64,000 nucleotides of DNA from Parcubacteria group bacterium (lineage in GTDB: Bacteria > Patescibacteriota > Patescibacteriia > UBA1558 > GWA2-36-10): contig PQAE01000004.1 of assembly GCA_003104935.1 (NCBI GenBank), forward strand, positions 6,835 through 70,834, read 5' to 3'. How positions within the stretch are numbered: the stretch's first letter is position 1; every line of letters starts with the position of its first letter. The notes beneath the pieces are model-generated. The model saw nothing but the letters and a program-made list of their open reading frames with translations. It was not told the origin of the DNA and did no database searches. Shown piece after piece: positions 18,468 to 26,912 of this stretch. The translations under genes and the position numbers were made by a program.

Positions 18468-20117
18468 CTACAATTTTTTTGTCAGATAAGTCCCTTCCAA
18501 ATGATAATCGAGTTTACGGTAATAGCTTCTTACTCCAATTCCGGAAATTACGGCTATCTTATGGAGATTATTTCCCAGGGTTATTTTTTCCGCCTCAGCC
18601 ATCAATTTTTTGCCCAGTCCCAAGTGCTGGGAGCGTCCGTTGGCCTCATTTTCATCTCTGATTTCATCACCGCCGGTGGGAATCATCCGTCCATACACAT
18701 GCAGTTCGCGCACCAGTGAGGCGTTCTTCAACTCGGGAAAGATATTTTCCGCCGGATTATTATTTATGCGCAGGCGCAAGAAAGCATAGACTTTGCTTCG
18801 GTCAGAATTTTCATAACTTAGAAAAAATTCCTGGCCACCTGAGGCTTCATATTTTCTGATGACTAAAATGGCCTGTTCAATTTCCTCGTTGTCGTTGCGC
18901 ACCTCGCGACAACGGAGGCACTGGCATTTTTGGCCACGTTTACTCAGTTCCTTTTGCAGATACTGCCGCAGATTGGTGATGCGATTGCCGGCCACGATAC
19001 TTTCCTGAGGTATATCACGAATTAATCGGTTTATGCGCATATAGGGCGGAACTAAAGTCTTCACTTCTAGTAATAATTCTAAAAGCTCCTTTTCGCTATA
19101 TGGTTGATAATCGCCATTTTTAAACAAATTATAGAGCTCGGCATAGGGGTTGACTATACAGGGATAAATTTTTATTTGATCGGGTTGTAAATCCGGAGAA
19201 GAAAAAACATATTTAAACATTTTCAGATCCTTGGCTGGCGTGGAGCGGGGCAAATCGGGCATATAGTGATGGTCAACTTTAAAACCGGCATCTTTAAGCA
19301 TCTTGGTCGCGGCAATACTTTGCTCGATACTATGACCGCGCTTAATGTAATCCAAAATTTTATTATCGCTATGTTGGACGCCAATCTGTACTCTGGTGGC
19401 TCCCAAACGGCGCATTTTTTTTATTTCATTTTCATTAATAAAGTCCGGACGGGTCTCCAAGGTTAGCCCGATTATTTTGTAGCGGGCATCTTCATTTATT
19501 TTTTGTTCTTTTTCCAGACTTAGTGGTTTTCTTTTTATTGTGTCAGCTCCACCAAAGGCGGACCTGCTGTGGGCGGGAAAAGTATTGGCGGCATAAAATA
19601 GGTCGCGCACAAATTCATTCTGATATTCACCAGGATAGACTGACCAGGTGCCACCGAGAATAAGCACCTCCAGTTTATCCACCTGATGGCCGTTATTTTC
19701 TAAGGCTTTTATACGCATAGTCATCTGCCGTAGGGGATCAAAGAGGTTCATCTTGGCCCGGGCAGCGGCCGGTTCATTAGATAAATAACTCTTAGGCATG
19801 TCCGGTTCGGTCGGGCAGTAAACGCATTTTCCCGGGCAGGCAAAAGGTTTGCTCAATACGGTAATGACCGAGACACCGGAAAGAGTTCGGATCGCACGTT
19901 TGGTCAGCAACCGGGAAAATCTCTGGTTTTCCTTGATTTTACCCTGATTTACCAATTGACGATAGAGAGAAATCAGTGTAGCTTTATTAAGTGGAGCGCT
20001 GTGTATTTTAGCAAAAGCCTGTCGCCAGGCGCGGGCAAAATCAAGCTCCGTGGCTCCAGGATTTTGGGCCAATTGAATTATAATTTCTTTTAATTTTTTT
20101 TCACTAATTTTTTCCAT
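18468..20117 (-). CDS. elp3: Elp3-like tRNA uridine-34 modification enzyme (radical SAM + GNAT acetyltransferase)
   Basis: The radical-SAM cluster KPFACPGKCVYCPTEPDMPKSYLSNEP matches eukaryotic Elp3 ...[25 protein letters not shown]. The C-terminal GNAT acetyl-CoA motif QHLGLGKKLMAEAEKI matches Elp3 HQGFGTLLMEEAERIA. Start taken at MEKISEKK. Confidence 0.8.
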   Translation of the reverse strand: MEKISEKKLKEIIIQLAQNPGATELDFARAWRQAFAKIHSAPLNKATLISLYRQLVNQGKIKENQRFSRLLTKRAIRTLSGVSVITVLSKPFACPGKCVYCPTEPDMPKSYLSNEPAAARAKMNLFDPLRQMTMRIKALENNGHQVDKLEVLILGGTWSVYPGEYQNEFVRDLFYAANTFPAHSRSAFGGADTIKRKPLSLEKEQKINEDARYKIIGLTLETRPDFINENEIKKMRRLGATRVQIGVQHSDNKILDYIKRGHSIEQSIAATKMLKDAGFKVDHHYMPDLPRSTPAKDLKMFKYVFSSPDLQPDQIKIYPCIVNPYAELYNLFKNGDYQPYSEKELLELLLEVKTLVPPYMRINRLIRDIPQESIVAGNRITNLRQYLQKELSKRGQKCQCLRCREVRNDNEEIEQAILVIRKYEASGGQEFFLSYENSDRSKVYAFLRLRINNNPAENIFPELKNASLVRELHVYGRMIPTGGDEIRDENEANGRSQHLGLGKKLMAEAEKITLGNNLHKIAVISGIGVRSYYRKLDYHLEGTYLTKKL

Positions 20118-20772
20118 GCCGACTTTGGACAAAGTATATGATCAGATTTCGCGGGAGTTTGCGGCCTCGCGCGTCTTGGCGTGGCCAGAGCTGTCCGTGG
20201 TTATACCATATATCCAGGATGGTTTCAAGATCTTGGATCTGGGTTGCGGTTCGGGGCGGCTACTCCATACTCTAGAGTCCAGCGGAAAAAAATTTGATTA
20301 TACTGGCGTGGATTTTAGCGAGGGGTTGGTCAGCCAAGCTAGGGTGCAATTTCCGCAACGCAACTTTATCGTGGACGATATTACGCACGTGGATTTGCCC
20401 GCGGAAAGTTATGATTTGATTTGCATGGTCGCCTCCTTTCACCATTTAAAGACCAAGGAAGAGAGAGAAAAATTATTGCGCGACGTTTTCCGCTGGCTGA
20501 GACATGACGGATACTTTTTTATGACCAATTGGAATTTATGGCAGGCTAAATACCTGAAATATTATTTGAAAAATTTTTGGCAAAAAAAAAGTTGGCGCGA
20601 TTTCTATATACCCTGGAAGAGCGGGAGCGGATCCGAAGACAAACTCTGGCGCTTTTATCACAGTTTTGGCGTAGGCGAGTTAAAAAAACTCTTAGGGCAG
20701 ACCGGCTTTGTTTGCGGCCGGCACGGAGTCTATAAAACTAAGTGGAATATAGTCTCGCTAGTTAAAGAGTGA
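20116..20772 (+). CDS. Trm9/ALKBH8-type tRNA (carboxymethyluridine34) methyltransferase-like class I SAM MTase
   Basis: VYDQISREFAASRVLAWPELSVVIPYIQDGFKILDLGCGSGRLL parallels yeast Trm9 [44 protein letters not shown]. The C-terminal LWRFYHSFGVGELKKLL parallels Trm9 KYRYYHLYREGELAE. Diverges head-to-head from elp3 with overlapping starts. Confidence 0.65.
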   Translation: MPTLDKVYDQISREFAASRVLAWPELSVVIPYIQDGFKILDLGCGSGRLLHTLESSGKKFDYTGVDFSEGLVSQARVQFPQRNFIVDDITHVDLPAESYDLICMVASFHHLKTKEEREKLLRDVFRWLRHDGYFFMTNWNLWQAKYLKYYLKNFWQKKSWRDFYIPWKSGSGSEDKLWRFYHSFGVGELKKLLGQTGFVCGRHGVYKTKWNIVSLVKE

Positions 20773-20839
20773 TTTTGGTGTTATTTTCAGGTAAAATATG
20801 TTAAAATTTAGCCACCAAGTATAATTTTTAATCAAGAAT

Positions 20840-22213
20840 ATGCAGGATCAGATTTTTAAAGCTTATGATATCCGGGGCATTTACCCCAGCGAGATAAGTG
20901 AAGTTGATGTGCCTCAGATTGCTCAGGCCTATTTGGTCTTATTATCAGAAAAATTAAGCAAGCCTATAAAGGACTTAAAAATAGCTGTAGGCCGGGACGC
21001 TCGCCTGTCCTCGCCGCTACTCTTAGAAAAAGCGATCGAGACATTTTTGCAATTTGGCGTCACCGTAGATGATTATGGGCCGATGTCCAGCAACGATTAC
21101 TATTTTGTGGTGGGAAATTATAAATATGACGGCGGCCTGATGGCCACGGCTTCGCACAATCCGCCAGAGTATGGCGGCTTTAAGATGGCTTTTGCCAACA
21201 ATCAACATCCGGACAGTATTGATTTCTTAGCCGGCCGGGAATTATACGCCAAATTAAAAACTTTGAGTTTTCCTCTAGAGGCGCCAGCCAAAGCGGGGAC
21301 GCGCACGAGTAAAGATTATATTCAGGAGCACCTGCAACATATTTTTAATTTTGTGGAGTTAGAAAAAATTACCGCCAAAAATATTGTAGTGGACAGCGGC
21401 AACGGCATGACGGCCGTCATGATTCCGGAAATATTTAAAAAACTCCCAGGAAAAATGACCAATATTTTTGACGAGCTGGACGGCACTTTTCCTAACCGGC
21501 CGCCCAATCCTTTGACTCCCGGGGCGCCGGACAAATTGATAGCAAAAGTCCGGGAAGAAAAAGCGGATCTGGGCGTGATTTATGACATTGACGGCGATAG
21601 GATGTTTTTGGTGGACGAGAAAGGAAATTTTATCCGCGGAGACATGATTTTGCTTTTATTAGCAAAAGCTATGCTGGCTAAAAATCCCGGCGCCGGCGTC
21701 GCCTACAATTTGATTTGTTCCCATGCAGTACCGGAGCTAATCACTAAATGGGGCGGCCGGCCATTGCGTAGTGAAGTCGGCTATATGAACCTGTCGCGAC
21801 ACATGCGAGAGGAGGGAGGCGTCATGAGCGGAGAAGTATCGGCCCACTTTGCTTTTCGGGATAACTTTTATGCCGACTCCGGCTATATCGCTTTATTATT
21901 AGTATTACAGACTCTGTCGGAGGATGGCCGGCCGCTTTCAGAATTAATCAAAGAATATTCTTTGTATCACCGAGCGGATGAATATAATCTTAAAGTCGCG
22001 GACGTAGCGTCCGAGCTGGATAAAATTAGAAATAAATATCATGACAATATCCGCGATGAGATCGACGGCATCACAGCCGAATTCGGCGACTGGTGGTTTA
22101 ATGTCCGGGCCTCCAACACCGAACCGCTTTTACGCATCACCGTCGAGGCTAAGACCAAAGCGATGCTGGATGACAAGCAAAAAGAATTAGTGGAACTGGT
22201 GCAAAATCAATGA
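20840..22213 (+). CDS. phosphomannomutase/phosphoglucomutase (alpha-D-phosphohexomutase)
   Basis: Active-site TASHNPPEYGGFK, metal-binding DIDGDR, and a sugar-binding loop GEVSAHF-like region. Confidence 0.85.
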   Translation: MQDQIFKAYDIRGIYPSEISEVDVPQIAQAYLVLLSEKLSKPIKDLKIAVGRDARLSSPLLLEKAIETFLQFGVTVDDYGPMSSNDYYFVVGNYKYDGGLMATASHNPPEYGGFKMAFANNQHPDSIDFLAGRELYAKLKTLSFPLEAPAKAGTRTSKDYIQEHLQHIFNFVELEKITAKNIVVDSGNGMTAVMIPEIFKKLPGKMTNIFDELDGTFPNRPPNPLTPGAPDKLIAKVREEKADLGVIYDIDGDRMFLVDEKGNFIRGDMILLLLAKAMLAKNPGAGVAYNLICSHAVPELITKWGGRPLRSEVGYMNLSRHMREEGGVMSGEVSAHFAFRDNFYADSGYIALLLVLQTLSEDGRPLSELIKEYSLYHRADEYNLKVADVASELDKIRNKYHDNIRDEIDGITAEFGDWWFNVRASNTEPLLRITVEAKTKAMLDDKQKELVELVQNQ

Positions 22214-23016
22214 TCGGGATTTTTGATTCCGGATTTGGCGGTTTGACCATATTCGGTGACATTGAAAGACAACTGCCCGAATATGATTATATCTATTTAG
22301 GCGACAACGCCCGTGCTCCTTACGGCAATCACAGCCAGGAGCTGATTTATGAATATACCCGACAGGCGGTAGATTATCTATTTAATCAAGGTTGTGATTT
22401 GATTATTTTGGCTTGTCATACTGCCTCGGCTGAGGCCTTACGTAAACTCCAGCAAGAATATTTGCCAAAAAATTGGCCGGGGAAAAATGTCTTGGGTGTG
22501 ATTCGTCCCATTGCCGAGGAGGCGATCCGCCTAAGCTCGGGTAAAAAAGTGGCCGTTATCGGCACCCAGAGCACCATTGATTCTCAGAGCTATATCCGCG
22601 AGATCCAACATCAGGATCCGTCTATTGCCGTAATCCAGCAGGCCTGTCCGCTGTTAGTACCGATTATTGAAGAAGGACAAATCCAGGCTCCCAGCACCCG
22701 GCAGATACTAAGGGACTATCTGGAGTCGATTAAAGAAGCCAAGCCTGACGTGCTGATACTAGGCTGCACCCACTACGGCTGGCTCTATGATATAATAAAT
22801 AAATTACTAGGCGGACAGGTGCAGATATTAGACAGCGGGCGGATTGTAGCGGAAAAATTGGCAGATTATTTGGCACGACATTCAGATTTAGTTAAAAAAA
22901 GTTTGGCCGAACCGCAAAGGATATTTCTCACTACCGATGACAATAAAAAATTTGACCGGGCCGCCCAAAAATGGCTGGGTCGGGAAATAAAATCACAGAT
23001 AATAAAATTAACCTAA
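22210..23016 (+). CDS. murI: glutamate racemase
   Basis: MIGIFDSGFGGLT...YLGDNARAPYGN and ILACHTAS/LGCTHYG Cys-containing active-site motifs. Confidence 0.9.
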   Translation: MIGIFDSGFGGLTIFGDIERQLPEYDYIYLGDNARAPYGNHSQELIYEYTRQAVDYLFNQGCDLIILACHTASAEALRKLQQEYLPKNWPGKNVLGVIRPIAEEAIRLSSGKKVAVIGTQSTIDSQSYIREIQHQDPSIAVIQQACPLLVPIIEEGQIQAPSTRQILRDYLESIKEAKPDVLILGCTHYGWLYDIINKLLGGQVQILDSGRIVAEKLADYLARHSDLVKKSLAEPQRIFLTTDDNKKFDRAAQKWLGREIKSQIIKLT

Positions 23017-23027
23017 AATTTATATAT

Positions 23028-24068
23028 ATGGTCAGTCAAAAAGTACAAATAGCCTTTTTTGAAACCGGGCCTTGGGAAAAAGAATATTTAAAAAAGCGTC
23101 TGCCCGGAGCGGCCCTATCATTTTTTCCGGATGTCTTGTCAGCCAAAGATCTGGCTAAATTAAAAATTACCCAAATTTTATCGCCTTTTATATATTCCAA
23201 AATAGGCAGCGGCATTATTAAAGCTATGCCCAAGCTAAAATTAATTGCCACGCGTTCCACCGGGTTTGACCATATTGATTTGAAAGCCGCGCGGGGGGCC
23301 AAAGTGCAGGTGGCCAATGTTCCGGCCTACGGAGAGAACACGGTGGCCGAGCACACCTTTGCCTTAATTTTATCTTTATCCCGTAAGATTCACCAATCCT
23401 ACGAAAGAACTTCGCGCGGTAATTTTAGTTTGGAAGGACTGCGGGGCTTTGATCTGAAAAATAAAACTATCGGACTGGTGGGCTGCGGGCACATCGGCCA
23501 GCACGTGGTGCGCATGGCGCGGGGTTTTGAAATGAATGTTTTAGTTTATGATGTCAAGAGAAATGCTAGACTGGCCCGGCAATTTGGCTTCAAATATGTT
23601 GGCCTTAATGATCTGTTAAAGAAATCTGATATTATTACGTTGCACGCGCCCTATAATAAGGCCACCCACCATATTATTAACCGAAAAAATATTAAAATAA
23701 TAAAAAATGGCGCCATACTTATAAACACTGCGCGGGGCGGCTTGGTGGACACCACGGCTTTAGTTGACGGCTTGCGTAGCGGTCGTCTAGCCGGCATTGG
23801 ATTGGACGTTTTGGAAGAGGAGAAGTATATTCTTAAAGAAGAGGCCCAGCTACTGTCACCGCATTTTGGCATCAAAGGCAAAGAAAATATTGCGGAGTAT
23901 TTACAGACCATCGTAGAGGGACATATGCTTTTAATTTCAGATAAAGTAATTGTTACGCCGCATAATGCTTTTAACAGCCAGGAGGCACTAGAGAGGATTT
24001 TAGATACCACGATAGAAAATATCAAAGATTTTGTGGCCAAGCGAAAACTGAAAAATTTAGTTAAATAA
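23028..24068 (+). CDS. D-isomer-specific 2-hydroxyacid dehydrogenase (NAD-binding)
   Basis: GLVGCGHIGQHVVRMARGFEMNV Rossmann motif, catalytic RGG...D...H pattern (NTARGGLVD, TPHNA). Start set at the internal ATG 23028. Confidence 0.8.
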   Translation: MVSQKVQIAFFETGPWEKEYLKKRLPGAALSFFPDVLSAKDLAKLKITQILSPFIYSKIGSGIIKAMPKLKLIATRSTGFDHIDLKAARGAKVQVANVPAYGENTVAEHTFALILSLSRKIHQSYERTSRGNFSLEGLRGFDLKNKTIGLVGCGHIGQHVVRMARGFEMNVLVYDVKRNARLARQFGFKYVGLNDLLKKSDIITLHAPYNKATHHIINRKNIKIIKNGAILINTARGGLVDTTALVDGLRSGRLAGIGLDVLEEEKYILKEEAQLLSPHFGIKGKENIAEYLQTIVEGHMLLISDKVIVTPHNAFNSQEALERILDTTIENIKDFVAKRKLKNLVK

Positions 24069-24084
24069 ATTTAAATATAATTTT

Positions 24085-24570
24085 ATGAGTTTTGAAAAAC
24101 GACTAGCCGGCCAGGCAGAGGCCGAAGAACAGGCAGTAGAAATAAGCTGGGATCAGCAAATGTCCCAAGCCGAGCAAGCTTTTGAAGCTAGGTCTATAGC
24201 TGCCCAGACCATAGACAAAGAAGCGCTGGCCGCAACGCAGGAGGGATTAAAAGAAGCAGCGGTACGGCAGATGGACGAAGAAGAACAAGCGGAGGGTTTT
24301 GCCGAATTGAATTTAGATGATTTAAACAAGCTACTGGGCCAGGCTTATCAGACCAGAGAAGCAGCTTTTTTTGCCCGCCGAGATTTGCTGGACAAAACTC
24401 TTACCGCCCCAAAATATAAAGTGAGCGCCCAAGAATTTCAATCAGCTCTAGGAGCCTTTGAAGCTACTTATAGAAACGAGGTTTGTAGTAATGAGAGAAT
24501 TCAACGTTTGGAAAAATGGATTAGCAAAAATGATCCTTATAGCGCGGAAAATTTGAAAAAAAGTGAATAA
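24085..24570 (+). CDS. hypothetical acidic, helical protein
   Basis: 161 aa, E/A/Q-rich. No recognisable motif. Confidence 0.35.
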   Translation: MSFEKRLAGQAEAEEQAVEISWDQQMSQAEQAFEARSIAAQTIDKEALAATQEGLKEAAVRQMDEEEQAEGFAELNLDDLNKLLGQAYQTREAAFFARRDLLDKTLTAPKYKVSAQEFQSALGAFEATYRNEVCSNERIQRLEKWISKNDPYSAENLKKSE

Positions 24571-24592
24571 AATAATTTTGTAGATATTTGAA

Positions 24593-24625
24593 GAGGCCTT
24601 GCGCTGCGCGCAAGGCCTCTTTGGC
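24593..24625. terminator. hairpin terminator between convergent genes
   Basis: GAGGCCTTGCGC-tgc-GCGCAAGGCCTC perfect 12-bp stem followed by TTTGGCAATTTT. Confidence 0.5.
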
Positions 24626-24642
24626 AATTTTCCCGGGGATTG

Positions 24643-25008
24643 CTAGCGGTTGGACCGAGCTACCAGTAGCTCGTGCACCTTGTCCTTGAGCTCGGACGTG
24701 TCCGAACTCTTGATCAGGTAGGCATCGGCCAGCCAGGATGAGAAATGTTCCCGGTAAGTCGTATAGCTGGAGTTGATGATGACCGAAAGTGACGGTCGGA
24801 TCTGCATCAGGCGACGCAGGACATCAAGCCCGTTTTCCGCTTCCAGGCGGGCATCCAGAATTGCCAGATCTGGGGCAACGCTTTGCGTCAGCTCCAGAGC
24901 CTCGGTTCCGTTGGTCGCTGTGACCACATCGTAGCTCTCTTCTTCTAGCTCAAGTTGGTACAATTTGCGGATACTGGCATCATCATCGACCACGAGAATC
25001 TTGGCCAT
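24643..25008 (-). CDS. stand-alone CheY-like response regulator (REC domain only)
   Basis: MAKILVVDDDASIRKLY...PDLAILDARLE with the phospho-acceptor Asp context. No output domain and no adjacent kinase. GC-rich with G/C third positions, unlike its neighbours. Confidence 0.75.
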   Translation of the reverse strand: MAKILVVDDDASIRKLYQLELEEESYDVVTATNGTEALELTQSVAPDLAILDARLEAENGLDVLRRLMQIRPSLSVIINSSYTTYREHFSSWLADAYLIKSSDTSELKDKVHELLVARSNR

Positions 25009-25116
25009 TTTTCCTCCGGGGGTGATGAGGAGTGAGACAATCAGCGCCATATCAACGAAACGAACAAAAGACCGGCCAGATTATCACGGAGTAGATAATT
25101 TGTAAAGGCCACATAT

Positions 25117-25146
25117 CAAAAGCCCTGTACCGTATGGTGCAGGGCT
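25117..25146 (-). terminator. hairpin terminator (minus strand) after the lipoprotein gene
   Basis: AAGCCCTG-caccatacggta-CAGGGCTT followed on the minus strand by TTTGATAT. The loop carries the palindrome ACCGTATGGT, also seen in the repeat at 16449-16470. Confidence 0.5.
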
Positions 25147-25512
25147 TTATTTGACCTGGCTTGGCTGAAGCAAGGTCGGTGTCTTGTTCTCGCTGTAGTG
25201 TTCGCAGGGAGGCACGTCGATTAAGGTGCGACGACCCTTGAAAACAGGATCCTTGTACCAGACGAAGAGCGATCCATAGCGGTTGATGGACGCAAAGCGG
25301 ACCACAGCATCACTTTTCTGATACAGTTTAAGCAGGGATTTTTTACGTTGCTCCAGGCTTAAACCTTTACAGCAGTTGATGCTATCTACTGCCGCAGCGT
25401 GTTCACCCAGAGCCGTGATGTCGATTTGCCAGCGGGCGCGGGGAGCCGACCCACAGGCAGACAGTAGAATCAGGAGTAGCACTACCGGGATCAAATAGCG
25501 ATACCGGACCAT
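25147..25512 (-). CDS. putative lipoprotein
   Basis: Signal peptide MVRYRYLIPVVLLLILLSACG with an LSAC lipobox. AGGAGGTGG lies upstream. GC-rich. Confidence 0.5.
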   Translation of the reverse strand: MVRYRYLIPVVLLLILLSACGSAPRARWQIDITALGEHAAAVDSINCCKGLSLEQRKKSLLKLYQKSDAVVRFASINRYGSLFVWYKDPVFKGRRTLIDVPPCEHYSENKTPTLLQPSQVK

Positions 25513-25590
25513 GAGCCACCTCCTAAAAGAGACGTAAGTGGAAGGACAAAAATTAGTAATAATCTAGCACGGAGCAGGCGCGCTTGTCCA

Positions 25591-25630
25591 GTTTTTAAAA
25601 AAGCCGCCCCTCAACTACGCTCGGGGCGGC
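25591..25630 (-). terminator. rho-independent terminator of trpS (minus strand)
   Basis: Minus strand reads GCCGCCCCGAGCGTAGTTGAGGGGCGGC followed by TTTTTTAAAAA. Confidence 0.65.
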
Positions 25631-25641
25631 TAAGAAATATT

Positions 25642-26595
25642 CTAGATTAATCCCACTAATTTTTTTATTTCCAACAAGTTTTTATCGGCCAGCACTTGGG
25701 CTTTTTTGGCGCCGTCAGAAAGAATTTTTTCCACTTCTAGGGGGTGAGCATCATAGTATTTTATTTTTTTTTGCACTGGCTTGAGAAATTTTAAAACAGA
25801 TTTGGTCAGCTCGTCCTTGAGTGTGGAATTCATCAATTGTTTTTTAGCTAAGTCCCGATTAAATTTTTTGTACTTAGTTGTTTCACCGAATATTTTATAT
25901 AATTCCAGCAGATTTTTTACGCCTGCCTCATCAGCCACAGCTTTTTTAATTTTTTTGGTTATGGTTGCGGCATTGTCGCGGATAGCGATATAGCTGGTTT
26001 CGCCCAAGGACTTGGACATTTTTTTATTCGGAGCATTAAGTGACATCACGCGGATGTTTTTCGACAGTATTGGTTGGATTTCCGCAAAATATTTTTTATA
26101 TTTATTATTAAATTTTCTGGCTAGCACACGAGTCAACTCCAAGTGCTGTAGCTGGTCTTCTCCCACCGGCACATATTCAGCTCCATAGATCAGGATATCG
26201 GCGGCCATCAAAGCCGGGTAGGTCAGTAAGCCGGCATTGACATTTTTGGGCTGTCGGACACACATATCTTTGTATTGGGTCATGCGCTCCAATTCAGCCA
26301 CCGGGATCAGGCAATTAAAAATCCAATCGAGTTCGGTGTGGCCAGTTACCTCAGATTGTTTACATAAAATAGATTTTTTAGGATTGATGCCCAGGGCCAG
26401 TAAATCTACAGCTAACTCACGAGTATTTTTTCTCAGCGTAGCGGCATCGATATCAATAGTCAGAGCGTGCAGATCCACTACGGAGTAAATACAATCATAT
26501 TTTTTTTGCAGATCCACCCAATTTTTGATGGCGCCCAGGTAATTACCCAAATGAAGCTGGCCAGTTGGTTTGATGCCCGAAAATAGTGTTTTCAT
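25642..26595 (-). CDS. trpS: tryptophan--tRNA ligase
   Basis: MKTLFSGIKPTGQLHLGNYLGA (HIGH region) and KMSKS. Start taken at ATG 26595; an in-frame ATG at 26616 is also possible. The track ORF extends to 26766. Confidence 0.9.
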   Translation of the reverse strand: MKTLFSGIKPTGQLHLGNYLGAIKNWVDLQKKYDCIYSVVDLHALTIDIDAATLRKNTRELAVDLLALGINPKKSILCKQSEVTGHTELDWIFNCLIPVAELERMTQYKDMCVRQPKNVNAGLLTYPALMAADILIYGAEYVPVGEDQLQHLELTRVLARKFNNKYKKYFAEIQPILSKNIRVMSLNAPNKKMSKSLGETSYIAIRDNAATITKKIKKAVADEAGVKNLLELYKIFGETTKYKKFNRDLAKKQLMNSTLKDELTKSVLKFLKPVQKKIKYYDAHPLEVEKILSDGAKKAQVLADKNLLEIKKLVGLI

Positions 26596-26762
26596 CCCGT
26601 TAGAATTTTTATTCATATTATATTGATAATAGCCTAATTGTATAAAAATAAGTCCCGGCTGTAAAGCGGGGCTAAAGTTAAGGAGGAGACTCGTCGCGAG
26701 TCTCCTCCGAATTGGCCTTTTGGACCACGAGTGCTGGGTTGCGTCCCAACAGGACTTTTCTT

Positions 26763-26861
26763 TCATCCCATCGGGAATGCTTGAGCAGTGTCCACGAAGA
26801 TGACTGCCAGCGCGCCCCAGATGATGCCGTAGATGAGGATTGTACGGATCAGCGACTTCAT
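26763..26861 (-). CDS. small hydrophobic peptide (32 aa) MKSLIRTILIYGIIWGALAVIFVDTAQAFPMG
   Basis: ATG preceded by AAAGGAGCGCAT (SD). Followed on the minus strand by the perfect hairpin GGAGGAGACTCGCGACGAGTCTCCTCC. GC-rich like the RR/lipoprotein islet. Not in the ORF track because it is under 60 aa. Confidence 0.3.
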   Translation of the reverse strand: MKSLIRTILIYGIIWGALAVIFVDTAQAFPMG

Positions 26862-26912
26862 ATGCGCTCCTTTCGTAGCGCTTTTGAGGTCAATAATATT
26901 ATATATAAATAA

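Noticed and set aside
18330-18719. Plus-strand ORFs 18330-18719 and 18479-18661 and other antisense ORFs inside elp3, gyrA, uvrA, groEL, ppsA, rnj and others
   Set aside because: These are shadow ORFs on the opposite strand of well-supported genes, with no motifs or start signals.
25123-25146. Shared hairpin CCCTG-t/gACC-g/aTATGGTG-CAGGG at 25123-25146 and 16449-16470, as a possible additional repeat family
   Set aside because: There are only two short copies. One acts as a plain terminator, and the other is the variable hairpin inside repeat copy A. The evidence is insufficient for a separate family.
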